From NCBI GenBank assembly GCA_945874115.1, contig CAMCFD010000002.1, positions 1 to 46,539 on the forward strand: 46,539 bases of DNA, in the 5' to 3' direction. Below are positions 9,007 to 17,386 of this stretch, piece after piece. The notes under the pieces are model-generated. The model was not told where the DNA came from. It searched no databases and saw nothing but the letters and a program-made list of their open reading frames with translations. Position 1 is the first letter of the stretch. The number at the start of each line of letters is the position of its first letter. The position numbers and the translations under genes were made by a program. This DNA comes from Rickettsia typhi. GTDB lineage: Bacteria > Pseudomonadota > Alphaproteobacteria > Rickettsiales > UBA1997.

Positions 9007-9010
9007 AAAT

Positions 9011-9160
9011 ATGAGTTTATTAAAAGAATTATGGGGATTTATGAAAAGTCGTAAGAAGTTCTGGCTTCTTCCTATTCTGGTTATAATGTTATTACTTGGA
9101 TTATTGGTTGTTATTGCTAATGGCTCTGCGGTTGCTCCGTTTATTTATACAATTTTTTAG
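9011..9160 (+). CDS. DUF5989 / SxtK-like 49-aa membrane peptide (absent from the supplied ORF track)
   Basis: My own translation: ATG 9011, TAG 9158-9160, giving MSLLKELWGFMKSRKKFWLLPILVIMLLLGLLVVIANGSAVAPFIYTIF. A basic N-terminus, one TM helix and the C-terminal GSAVAPFIYTIF match the DUF5989 pattern from memory. It sits 4 nt after the SxtJ-like stop and 2 nt before the carbamoyltransferase ATG. Confidence 0.65.
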   Translation: MSLLKELWGFMKSRKKFWLLPILVIMLLLGLLVVIANGSAVAPFIYTIF

Positions 9161-9162
9161 CC

Positions 9163-11049
9163 ATGACTTATATATTGGGAATTTCATGTTTTTATCACGA
9201 TTCTGCGGCCTGTTTGCTTCATGATGAAAAAATTATCGCGGCATTTCAAGAGGAAAGACTTACGAGAAAAAAACATGATTCTTCCTTCCCGAAAAATGCT
9301 GTGGTGGCTTGTCTTAAAGAGGCTGGGATATCTCTGTCGCAAGTCGATTTCGTGGGATTTTATGACAAGCCTCTAATTAAATTTGAACGATTAATTGAGA
9401 CTTATCTTGGCTGTGTTCCGAAAGGTTTTGAGTCTTTTAAAATGGCGATTCCTATTTGGCTTAAAGAAAAATTATTTTTAAAAGATACTCTGATAAAAGA
9501 ATTGGCCGAAATTGAAGCTGAAATTAGAGGATTTGACTGCGAAAAAAATGCGAAGGAAATTAAAAAGCAAATTGAAGGAAAAATCTTATTTGGCAAACAT
9601 CACGATTCACACGCGGCAAGTTGTTTTTATCCATCACCTTTTGAAGAGGCGGCAATAATCACTATGGATGGTGTTGGCGAGTGGGCTACTACGGCGCTTG
9701 GTTATGGAAAAAACAATGATTTTAAACTTTTGCACGAGATTAAATTCCCTAATTCTTTAGGACTTTTATATTCGGCTTTAACTTATTATTGTGGTTTTAA
9801 AGTTAATTCGGGTGAATATAAATTAATGGGGCTTGCGCCTTACGGTGCGCCGAAATATGCGGATTTGATAAAAGAAAAATTGATTGATATAAAGGAAGAC
9901 GGTTCGTTTCGGCTTGATATGAAATATTTCGATTATATGACGGGCCTTACGATGACGAATAAAAAGTTCGAAAATTTGTTTGGAGTTGCTGCCAGAAAGC
10001 CAGAGTCGGAGCTTGAGCAATTTCATATGGATGTTGCGGCATCGATTCAAAAAGTGACGGAAGAAGTTGTGATTAAACTTGCGAAATTTGCGAAAGATTT
10101 AACCTCGAGCAAAAACTTGGTTATGGCTGGCGGCGTTGCGCTAAACTGCGTTGCTAATGGCAAATTGTGGCAAGAAAAAATATTTGAGAATATTTGGGTT
10201 CAGCCAGCGGCTGGCGACGCCGGTGGGGCGCTTGGTGTTGCGCAAGATATTTATTATCGTCATTTGGGTAAGGAAAGAAAATGTCATCAAAATTCTTCGC
10301 GCGACAATATGCAGGGCTCATATCTAGGAAACGCTTGTAGCAAAGATGAAATCGAATCTGATCTAAAAAAATATCAGGCTGTTTATGATTATATTGGCGA
10401 TGAAAGTGAATTAATAAATAAAATTTCTGATTTTATAAATGAAGGAAAAGTAATCGGTTGGCATCAAGGAAGAATGGAGTTTGGGCCGCGAGCTCTTGGC
10501 GCAAGAAGTATAATCGGTGACGCTAGAAATTCTGAAATGCAATCAACTATGAATTTAAAAATTAAGTTCAGAGAAAGTTTTAGACCATTTGCTCCTGCGG
10601 TTTTAGAAGAAAAAGTCGCTGATTATTTCGAGTTTGACGATAAAAGCCCTTATATGCTAATGGTTGCGAATGTTAGGGAATCGTTAAGAAAGAAAGTTGA
10701 AGAAAATAATTTGTTCGGTGTTGAGAAATTAAAACAGTTAAGATCGGAAATTCCGGCGATAACTCACGTCGATTATTCTGCGAGATTGCAAACTGTTGAC
10801 TCAACAAATAATCCAAGATTTTATAAATTAATCAAGAATTTTGGGGATAAAACAGGATGTTATGTTTTGATTAACACTTCTTTTAATGTTCGCGGAGAGC
10901 CAATAGTGTGCAATGCGCAAGATTCTTATAAATGTTTTATGAGAACTGGAATTGATATTTTGGTTATCGAAAATTATGTCTTATTAAAAGAAAAACAACC
11001 TGATTTCAAAGATCAGCAACAATGGAGGGAAAACTATGTCTTGGATTAA
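9163..11049 (+). CDS. NodU/CmcH-family carbamoyltransferase
   Basis: 628 aa. It has the classic N-terminus ILGISCFYHDSAACLL, then HHDSHAASCFY, GVALNCVANG and the C-terminal LINTSFNVRGEPIVC. Confidence 0.9.
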   Translation: MTYILGISCFYHDSAACLLHDEKIIAAFQEERLTRKKHDSSFPKNAVVACLKEAGISLSQVDFVGFYDKPLIKFERLIETYLGCVPKGFESFKMAIPIWLKEKLFLKDTLIKELAEIEAEIRGFDCEKNAKEIKKQIEGKILFGKHHDSHAASCFYPSPFEEAAIITMDGVGEWATTALGYGKNNDFKLLHEIKFPNSLGLLYSALTYYCGFKVNSGEYKLMGLAPYGAPKYADLIKEKLIDIKEDGSFRLDMKYFDYMTGLTMTNKKFENLFGVAARKPESELEQFHMDVAASIQKVTEEVVIKLAKFAKDLTSSKNLVMAGGVALNCVANGKLWQEKIFENIWVQPAAGDAGGALGVAQDIYYRHLGKERKCHQNSSRDNMQGSYLGNACSKDEIESDLKKYQAVYDYIGDESELINKISDFINEGKVIGWHQGRMEFGPRALGARSIIGDARNSEMQSTMNLKIKFRESFRPFAPAVLEEKVADYFEFDDKSPYMLMVANVRESLRKKVEENNLFGVEKLKQLRSEIPAITHVDYSARLQTVDSTNNPRFYKLIKNFGDKTGCYVLINTSFNVRGEPIVCNAQDSYKCFMRTGIDILVIENYVLLKEKQPDFKDQQQWRENYVLD

Positions 11050-12292
11050 TAATTTTTTCAACAGAAACAGAGTAAGAAATTTTCAAAAAAAGCTGGGAGT
11101 TTTTTTATTGTGTTTTTTAATTGTGATTTTCATTCTTGAAATATTCAGCTTCTTTGCGAACAAGATATTATTCAAGTCTTCTAATAAAAACGAGTTTGTC
11201 AGGCAAATTGTTGAAGATAAAAATTGTACTTATTTCGATCTTTTATTTCCTCATCCTTATCTTGGATATGTCTACAATGCGAACGAGCCGTGCAATATAA
11301 AGGTCAATAAATCAGGATTTATTGATTCGGCCGAAACCCCGATGGAAAAAGACAATTCAAAGTTTTATATAGGAATATTGGGCGGCTCTGTTGCTGATCA
11401 AATGGCTTTCACAAAAGGCAATAAATATTTGCAAGCAGAATTGAATAGATGTTATATTAATCCAAAAAACAAAGAGTTTGTTACTGTAAAATTTGCGAGT
11501 GGCGGCTGGAAACAGCCTCAAGCGGTGATATCGACTTTATTATTTTCGCGATTTTTAGATGGAATTATTTCTCTTGAGGGTTTTAATGAGCATTATATGA
11601 TAGTGAATCCTTATGTTACGCTTGGAATGCCGTCAAATAATTTTGCTCAAGCTACTAACATGAGATATGTTGAGTTAAAATATCTTGAGAATTTGATGGG
11701 AATTAATTCTTCTATTGCAAAGGTGATGAATAAATTTTGGATTGCTAAAAATTCGCAAACAATGATTTTAATATACAGTTCTTTGGCAAAAGTTATTAAT
11801 TCAACAAACCCAAATGGCGCATATGATTTAAAAACCAGCTATAGTGGGCTTTTTTCTTTCCCGGAGGGCTGGAGCATGGAAAAAAAGAGAGATTTTAATT
11901 TTGAAGAATATAAATATTATTCTTTCATCACTAAGAAAATGGCGGATTTAAATTCTTTAAAAAGCGCTTTCTTTATTCAGCCAGTTCCTGCCTACGGCAA
12001 AAAATTAACTAGCGAAGAGCAAAAAGTTGTTGGGGATTTATCTTACAAGGATACTTATAAAAAAATTGAGCGCGATCTGTTGAAACTAAATGATAAAGGT
12101 GTTCCTTTTTATTCATTGACTGACGTTTTTAAAGAATATGGAGATGAGCAAATTTATTCGGATGCAATTCATTATAAATTTGATTACGATGCCAAATCAA
12201 GCTTAGGATATGAAATTGTTGCAAGAGAGATCGCAAGCAAAATTGCTACGAAATGGGGATTTATTAAAAAATCTGAATGTAAAAATAAATAG
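11036..12292 (+). CDS. Membrane-anchored hypothetical protein, possibly SGNH/GDSL-like
   Basis: 418 aa with one N-terminal TM helix (LGVFLLCFLIVIFILEIFSFF). It has a candidate block I IGILGGSVADQ and a candidate block V SDAIHY followed by GYEIVAREIA. A GGAGGG SD lies 7 nt upstream of the ATG, inside the carbamoyltransferase gene, which it overlaps by 14 nt. The family call is tentative. Confidence 0.45.
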   Translation: MSWINNFFNRNRVRNFQKKLGVFLLCFLIVIFILEIFSFFANKILFKSSNKNEFVRQIVEDKNCTYFDLLFPHPYLGYVYNANEPCNIKVNKSGFIDSAETPMEKDNSKFYIGILGGSVADQMAFTKGNKYLQAELNRCYINPKNKEFVTVKFASGGWKQPQAVISTLLFSRFLDGIISLEGFNEHYMIVNPYVTLGMPSNNFAQATNMRYVELKYLENLMGINSSIAKVMNKFWIAKNSQTMILIYSSLAKVINSTNPNGAYDLKTSYSGLFSFPEGWSMEKKRDFNFEEYKYYSFITKKMADLNSLKSAFFIQPVPAYGKKLTSEEQKVVGDLSYKDTYKKIERDLLKLNDKGVPFYSLTDVFKEYGDEQIYSDAIHYKFDYDAKSSLGYEIVAREIASKIATKWGFIKKSECKNK

Positions 12293-12476
12293 TTGAGTGT
12301 GTGGGTTGCGATAATCGTCGATGCTGACTTTGTAAATAATCATAAAGTCAGAAAAATAAGGAATTTTTTTGACCTAATAAAATAAAAAACAGTGATTAAT
12401 TTTTGCGAAGAAGGAATAAAAAAAATTGTAGAAATCGCGAAAGATCATATTCTTTAACTATAAATAATTAGTAAAC

Positions 12477-14354
12477 ATGTTTAGAATTATAAATGACAAA
12501 TTTACCTCTTTTTTTGTAAAAAAAGATAATTTTATTCTTCTTGCCCTCTCAGTATTCCTGGTTCCTTTAATCTTGGCATGTTGCACAGATTTTATGTTCG
12601 ATGTTATGGGACATATAGATTCTCCGTTATACATAGGATACGGTTTTCATTATCTTGACTCGGATTTTGGAGACAATTACTATAAAATTTCGCGCCTTCC
12701 TTGGATTTGGGTGCAATTTGTAATTAGGAATTTATTTGATCCCGTAGTCGGAAGTTATATTTTATTCTTTTCGTTATTGTCGCTAGCGTCACTATTGATG
12801 GTGAAAATAGGAAAAGAAACCTCTGCTATTTTTCCTTCTGCATTGGTTGCAATAATCACGCCGTTGCTTTTGATTACTTATGAGGGCGGACCTAATTATC
12901 ACAATAGCTTTAGCGCTATTTTATTTTTATTTATGATATATCAAGTGGTTTCTAAAACATTAAAGTCGCAAGATGGTCCGCGGTTTTTTATTTTGGTTGG
13001 CGCGATTCATGCCTTAATAATATATTCAAATGTTCTAATCTCTCTTGATTCTTTAATTTATGCTTCTCTTTTTTATATTGCCATAAAGATTGAAAAAAAT
13101 GAAAATCCTTTTGAAAAAATTTTACTTAAGATTTTTTGCGCCCTATTAGGAGAAGTTATCATTACCACTTTTATGGGACTTGTTAATTTATCAATTGGCA
13201 GAGAATTCTTTTTCATGAAGATTCTTTGGGAGTTTACGATTGGTTTTGCCGGTGTTTCTCATAACGGTTGGTTACCATTAAAAGACTTTATAAATAATGC
13301 TCATTACTTGGCGCCATTTTTTGTGATGGGAATTTTTTCTTTTTTAATGTGCTGTTATTTTTTGATTAAGAGAAATATAAAAAGTAATGCCATGGTGTTT
13401 TTCTTGAATCTGGCTTATTTGCTAGTTATGGTGGAGGTTTTAATAACTCATAATTTAAAATCTAACAATATTCATATTACGTATATTGTATTCGCAGTAT
13501 TGGTGCCTTTTTTATTAACCCTAATATATAATTTGAAATTTTTCTTAAATTCTAAAATAAAGACAGGGGCTTTATATGTATTATTTTTGGTTATAGTTTA
13601 TATTTTGGCAATGATATTTAATTACGATATATTATCGTTCGTAAACAAAATATTGCCATTTGAAAGTGTATTTTTGAAATATGTTTTAATGTGGTCTTTC
13701 GCATTTATTATCCTAGTGGCTTCGAAGAGCAGAAGTAATATGTGGTTAGTTATGACGTCTTCAATGATATTAATTTGTGGATCTTTATTGCTTTCCGTTA
13801 ACTTTTTAAGCTTAGAAAAAAATAAATGTTCTGACAAAAAAGCGACTTATTCAGTTTATGTTAGTCTTGACAAGGATTTATATAAATATAGAAGCCTAGT
13901 TAATAAACATGATGTGGGAAATTTGTTTTATTGGTATGGTTCAGATCAAAAAATTATATCAAATGATAAAAAATGTATAAATAATTTTTCAGATCAAAGT
14001 TATCGACAATTAATCATAACATCTGCACAAAGTTCTATGATGATGCAAGCTTTGGACGGTCCTTATAAAAATCCATCTATGAATAAAATTAATGATTTAT
14101 GGAAAGATGCCGACGATGAATCGAGCATTTGGAAGTCTGATTCAGGCTGGAGAAAAGTGGTTTTCTTTGGCGATTCTTATAACAGTTATAAAGGAAAAAG
14201 AGTTATAGTTATTTTCTCAAATAACGAATCGGACGCTTGGGATATGATTAAAAAAATGAAAACTTACAACGTTAATTTTGAGTTAGCTGAAAGCAGAAGA
14301 TTGGTTACTTATCCTTTGATTTTAAAATATTATTTATTAGTTGAAAAATTATGA
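12477..14354 (+). CDS. Large polytopic membrane protein with a C-terminal soluble domain; GT-C-like glycosyltransferase or polymerase candidate
   Basis: 625 aa. By hydrophobicity reading it has about 12 TM helices followed by a hydrophilic tail of ~170 aa. The first extracytoplasmic loop is acidic (TDFMFDVMGHIDSP...DSDFGD), as in ArnT/PMT-type GT-C enzymes. No sequence motif is decisive. Confidence 0.45.
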   Translation: MFRIINDKFTSFFVKKDNFILLALSVFLVPLILACCTDFMFDVMGHIDSPLYIGYGFHYLDSDFGDNYYKISRLPWIWVQFVIRNLFDPVVGSYILFFSLLSLASLLMVKIGKETSAIFPSALVAIITPLLLITYEGGPNYHNSFSAILFLFMIYQVVSKTLKSQDGPRFFILVGAIHALIIYSNVLISLDSLIYASLFYIAIKIEKNENPFEKILLKIFCALLGEVIITTFMGLVNLSIGREFFFMKILWEFTIGFAGVSHNGWLPLKDFINNAHYLAPFFVMGIFSFLMCCYFLIKRNIKSNAMVFFLNLAYLLVMVEVLITHNLKSNNIHITYIVFAVLVPFLLTLIYNLKFFLNSKIKTGALYVLFLVIVYILAMIFNYDILSFVNKILPFESVFLKYVLMWSFAFIILVASKSRSNMWLVMTSSMILICGSLLLSVNFLSLEKNKCSDKKATYSVYVSLDKDLYKYRSLVNKHDVGNLFYWYGSDQKIISNDKKCINNFSDQSYRQLIITSAQSSMMMQALDGPYKNPSMNKINDLWKDADDESSIWKSDSGWRKVVFFGDSYNSYKGKRVIVIFSNNESDAWDMIKKMKTYNVNFELAESRRLVTYPLILKYYLLVEKL

Positions 14355-15502
14355 TCCCTTTTAACAAATCTTTATTTCTTGGTGGCGAATTAAACAATAT
14401 CAAGAATTGCTTCAAAAACTTGCCGATCCACATTTCGGGGAATGGGCAATTCACAAAAAAATGCGAAAAATTAATGGAGGAAAGATATGGCTTCGAGAAA
14501 GTTTTGCTAACAAACTCTTGCACATCGGCTCTCGAAATTTCGGCGTTGATTTTAAGGAAGGAAATATCTTCAAAAATTAGCGCTCCTGAAGTAATAATGC
14601 CAAGTTTTACGTTCGTATCAAGCGCGAATAGTTTTGTAAAGTTCGGATTCAAAATTAAATTCATCGACATTAATCCGGTCACAATGAATTTAAATGAAGA
14701 TTTAGCAAAAGAGGCGATTAATGAAAATACTGTTGCAATTGTCGCCGTAAATTATGGCGGTCTGTCTTGCGATATGAGAAAGCTAAGAAAAATTTGCGAT
14801 GATAATAAACTTCTTCTAATCGAAGACGCGGCGCAATCAATTGATTCTTTCTATGATGGAAAAGTTCTGGGATCTTTCGGAGATTTATCGGCCATTTCAT
14901 TTCACGAAACAAAAAATATAACTTCGGGCGAGGGTGGATGTTTGGTTATCAACAACTCGAAATTTGTTGAAGACGCTCAAGTTATTAGAGAGAAGGGCAC
15001 GAACCGCGCCAAATTTATTTTGGGATTGGTTGATAAATATTCTTGGATTGACATTGGCGGCCACTATTTAATGCCCGACATCAACGCTGCATTTTTATAT
15101 CATCAACTCGAAAACAGCGTTGAAGTTAAAGAAAAAAGGGTGAAAATTTGGAATCAATATCAAGACGGATTAAAAATTCTTGAGCAAAAAGGAATTATAG
15201 AGCTGCAAAAAATAAGCGATAAAAATGATATTAACGGTCATATGTTTTGGATTAAGACTAAAAATTTAAAGCAAAGAAATGATCTGATTATAAGCTTGAA
15301 AAAGAAAGAAATTATGGCCACTTTCCATTATATTCCTCTTCATTCTTCTGAGGCCGGATTAAATTGTGGAAGCTTTTTCAAGGAAGATATTTACACAACA
15401 AAGGAATCTGAACGATTGTTAAGATTGCCATTATTTTATGATTTAAAAGAAAGCGAAGTTGAATATATTATTTCTAATTTGAAAAATGAATTACTTAAAT
15501 AA
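14351..15502 (+). CDS. wecE: WecE/RffA-like dTDP-4-amino-4,6-dideoxyhexose transaminase (DegT family)
   Basis: 383 aa. The N-terminus MIPFNKSLFLGGELNNI...GNGQFTKKCEKLMEERYGFEKVLLTNSCTSALEISALIL runs parallel to E. coli WecE as I remember it. The PLP-Lys context is SFHETKNITSGEGG. The start overlaps the upstream stop in an ATGA arrangement. Confidence 0.75.
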   Translation: MIPFNKSLFLGGELNNIKNCFKNLPIHISGNGQFTKKCEKLMEERYGFEKVLLTNSCTSALEISALILRKEISSKISAPEVIMPSFTFVSSANSFVKFGFKIKFIDINPVTMNLNEDLAKEAINENTVAIVAVNYGGLSCDMRKLRKICDDNKLLLIEDAAQSIDSFYDGKVLGSFGDLSAISFHETKNITSGEGGCLVINNSKFVEDAQVIREKGTNRAKFILGLVDKYSWIDIGGHYLMPDINAAFLYHQLENSVEVKEKRVKIWNQYQDGLKILEQKGIIELQKISDKNDINGHMFWIKTKNLKQRNDLIISLKKKEIMATFHYIPLHSSEAGLNCGSFFKEDIYTTKESERLLRLPLFYDLKESEVEYIISNLKNELLK

Positions 15503-15917
15503 TTTAATATTCCAGCTTTTAAAGAAGCATAAAGATTTATCATTATTTTTCCTCGTCGGGGCTTACAACACGGCGGTTGGATATTTATTTGGAAACTTTC
15601 TATTTTATTTTTTTACTGATTATATAAATTATAAATCTTTACTTGTAATATATTATTTAATCACAACTTGTCATAATTATTTTGCGTATAAAATTTTTGT
15701 TTTTAAGGCTAAGGGAAATTTTTTATCAGAATTTGTCAGAATAAATATTTTATATATCGGCATTCTTTTGTTAAATTTACTATTTATGATTTTCTTCGTT
15801 GAAATTCTTGAATTTTCTGAAATTATTTCATATAATATATCATTTGTTATTTTAGTCTTCATCAGCTTCTTTTGTCAGAAATATTTTGTTTTTATGAAAA
15901 AAACACCAAAAATATGA
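15486..15917 (+). CDS. GtrA-family small membrane protein (polyprenyl-phosphate-sugar translocation family)
   Basis: 143 aa with 4 TM helices. It has the GtrA pattern FFLVGAYNTAVGY and two copies of the ...Y/K.FVF motif (YKIFVFK, QKYFVF). Confidence 0.8.
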   Translation: MNYLNNLIFQLLKKHKDLSLFFLVGAYNTAVGYLFGNFLFYFFTDYINYKSLLVIYYLITTCHNYFAYKIFVFKAKGNFLSEFVRINILYIGILLLNLLFMIFFVEILEFSEIISYNISFVILVFISFFCQKYFVFMKKTPKI

Positions 15918-16438
15918 TTGAAATAAAAAATGTTAACAACGTTAGTGAAGAAATAAAAATGAATCTTCTTGAATGGAGAAATTCTGAAAATGTCAGAAAA
16001 TATTTTATACATGACGACATTATAACGAAAGAAGAGCATTCTCTGTGGATTGCGTCTGTTAAAAAAGGCGATATCAAGGCTTATGTCGTATATTATGACG
16101 ATATTGCAGTAGGATTAGTATATTTACCAAAAATTTTTTCTAAACACAAAACGGCGGAAATTGGTTTATATATTTATGATGAAAGATTTAAGAAAAAAGG
16201 CATAGCACAAAAGGCTTATGAAGACCTTATAAATATGGCGTTTAGCCAATTTGGAATAGAAAAATTATTTTGTAAAATAATTTCTACAAATGTCGCGTCT
16301 GTCAATTTGCATAAAAAAATTGGCTTTAAAGAAGAGGGATTGTTGAAAAAAGACATCGTTAAAAGTGACGGGCTCAGGCATGATGTGATATTAATGGGCC
16401 TTTTAAAAGATGAACATAATTTAAAGAAAAATGACTAA
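15914..16438 (+). CDS. GNAT N-acetyltransferase of the PseH/RimL-like (WRN motif) type
   Basis: The ATG at 15914 overlaps the gtrA-like stop (ATGA). The track start at 15872 is less likely. MIEIKNVNNVSEEIKMNLLEWRNSENVRKYF...EEHSLW...AEIGLYIY...KKKGIAQKA...NVASVNLHKKIGFKEEG follows the pattern I remember for Campylobacter-type PseH. Confidence 0.75.
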   Translation: MIEIKNVNNVSEEIKMNLLEWRNSENVRKYFIHDDIITKEEHSLWIASVKKGDIKAYVVYYDDIAVGLVYLPKIFSKHKTAEIGLYIYDERFKKKGIAQKAYEDLINMAFSQFGIEKLFCKIISTNVASVNLHKKIGFKEEGLLKKDIVKSDGLRHDVILMGLLKDEHNLKKND

Positions 16439-17369
16439 AATATCGATTGTCACAAGTTTATATAAATCAGAAAAATATATCGAAGAATTTGCGTCGAAAA
16501 TAATTAATGTTACCAAAAAAATGGGCGTTGATTATGAAATAATTTTTGTGAATGATTGTTGTCCGCAAAATTCTCTGGTTGTTGCTTTGAAGATTGCGCA
16601 TAAATATGAAAATATAAAAGTCATAGATTTGGCTGTGAATTCTAATCATCACAAGGCTATAATGACCGGCTTAAAACATTCTAGCGGTGATTATATATTC
16701 ACTCTTGATGTTGATTTGGAAGAAAAACCAGAGTTGCTCGAAGAATTCTTCAAAAAAATTAGCGATAACAAAAACCTAGATTTAGTCTATGGAAGGCAAG
16801 AAAAAAGAGTGGGGAAAAATTTAGCGCGCGGTTTTTTGACTAATATTTTTTATCACATTTTTGGATTTTTAACCGATTATAAAATTCAAAATCAATCAAT
16901 GATAAGGTTGATGACAAAAAGATTCGTGGATAATCTAGTAAAATTTCATGAATATGATGTTTTTTTGTACGGAATAACTTCTCTAAATGGCTTTGAAAGT
17001 GATTTCATCATTTGTCATAAGCCCTATAAAGGAAGTACGAGCTATACTCTCTCTAAGAGAGTGAAGCTTGCCATAAATGCGATTACCTCTTTTAGCAGCA
17101 AGCCTCTAATTCTTATTTCTTGTTTCGGAATTTTAGTTTCGTTTATTTCTTTTATTTTCGGCACCTACATAATGCTGAAGAAAATTTTTCTCGGATCTGT
17201 AATTTCAGGGTGGTCGTCAATTATGGTCTCCATTTGGATGGTTGGCGGAATGATTATATTTTGCCTTGGAATAATTGCTATTTATATCGCGAAAATATTT
17301 ATTGAATCTAAAAAGCGCCCATATGTCGTCATAAGAGATAAATATGGCTTTGGCGATTCTAAAGAATAG
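16431..17369 (+). CDS. GT2 polyprenyl-phosphate sugar transferase (GtrB/ArnC/DPM1-like)
   Basis: 312 aa. ISIVTSLYKSEKYI, EIIFVNDCCPQNS, DVDLEEKPELL (the counterpart of DADLQDPPE) and LVYGRQEKR, plus two C-terminal TM helices as in GtrB/ArnC. Confidence 0.8.
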   Translation: MTKISIVTSLYKSEKYIEEFASKIINVTKKMGVDYEIIFVNDCCPQNSLVVALKIAHKYENIKVIDLAVNSNHHKAIMTGLKHSSGDYIFTLDVDLEEKPELLEEFFKKISDNKNLDLVYGRQEKRVGKNLARGFLTNIFYHIFGFLTDYKIQNQSMIRLMTKRFVDNLVKFHEYDVFLYGITSLNGFESDFIICHKPYKGSTSYTLSKRVKLAINAITSFSSKPLILISCFGILVSFISFIFGTYIMLKKIFLGSVISGWSSIMVSIWMVGGMIIFCLGIIAIYIAKIFIESKKRPYVVIRDKYGFGDSKE

Positions 17370-17386
17370 AAACCTAAAAAAAATAT

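Noticed and set aside
12324-12351. A perfect 8-bp hairpin CTGACTTT-12 nt-AAAGTCAG after the 11036-12292 gene, considered as an intrinsic terminator.
   Set aside because: The stem is AT-rich and is followed by an A-run, not a U-tract. The T-run (ATTTTTTT) begins only ~15 nt later. It may still attenuate transcription but does not meet intrinsic-terminator criteria.
14305-14682. A 125-aa minus-strand ORF spanning the junction between the polytopic protein and the wecE-like gene.
   Set aside because: It is antisense to two tightly coupled (ATGA-overlapping) plus-strand genes with strong family signals. It is a shadow ORF.
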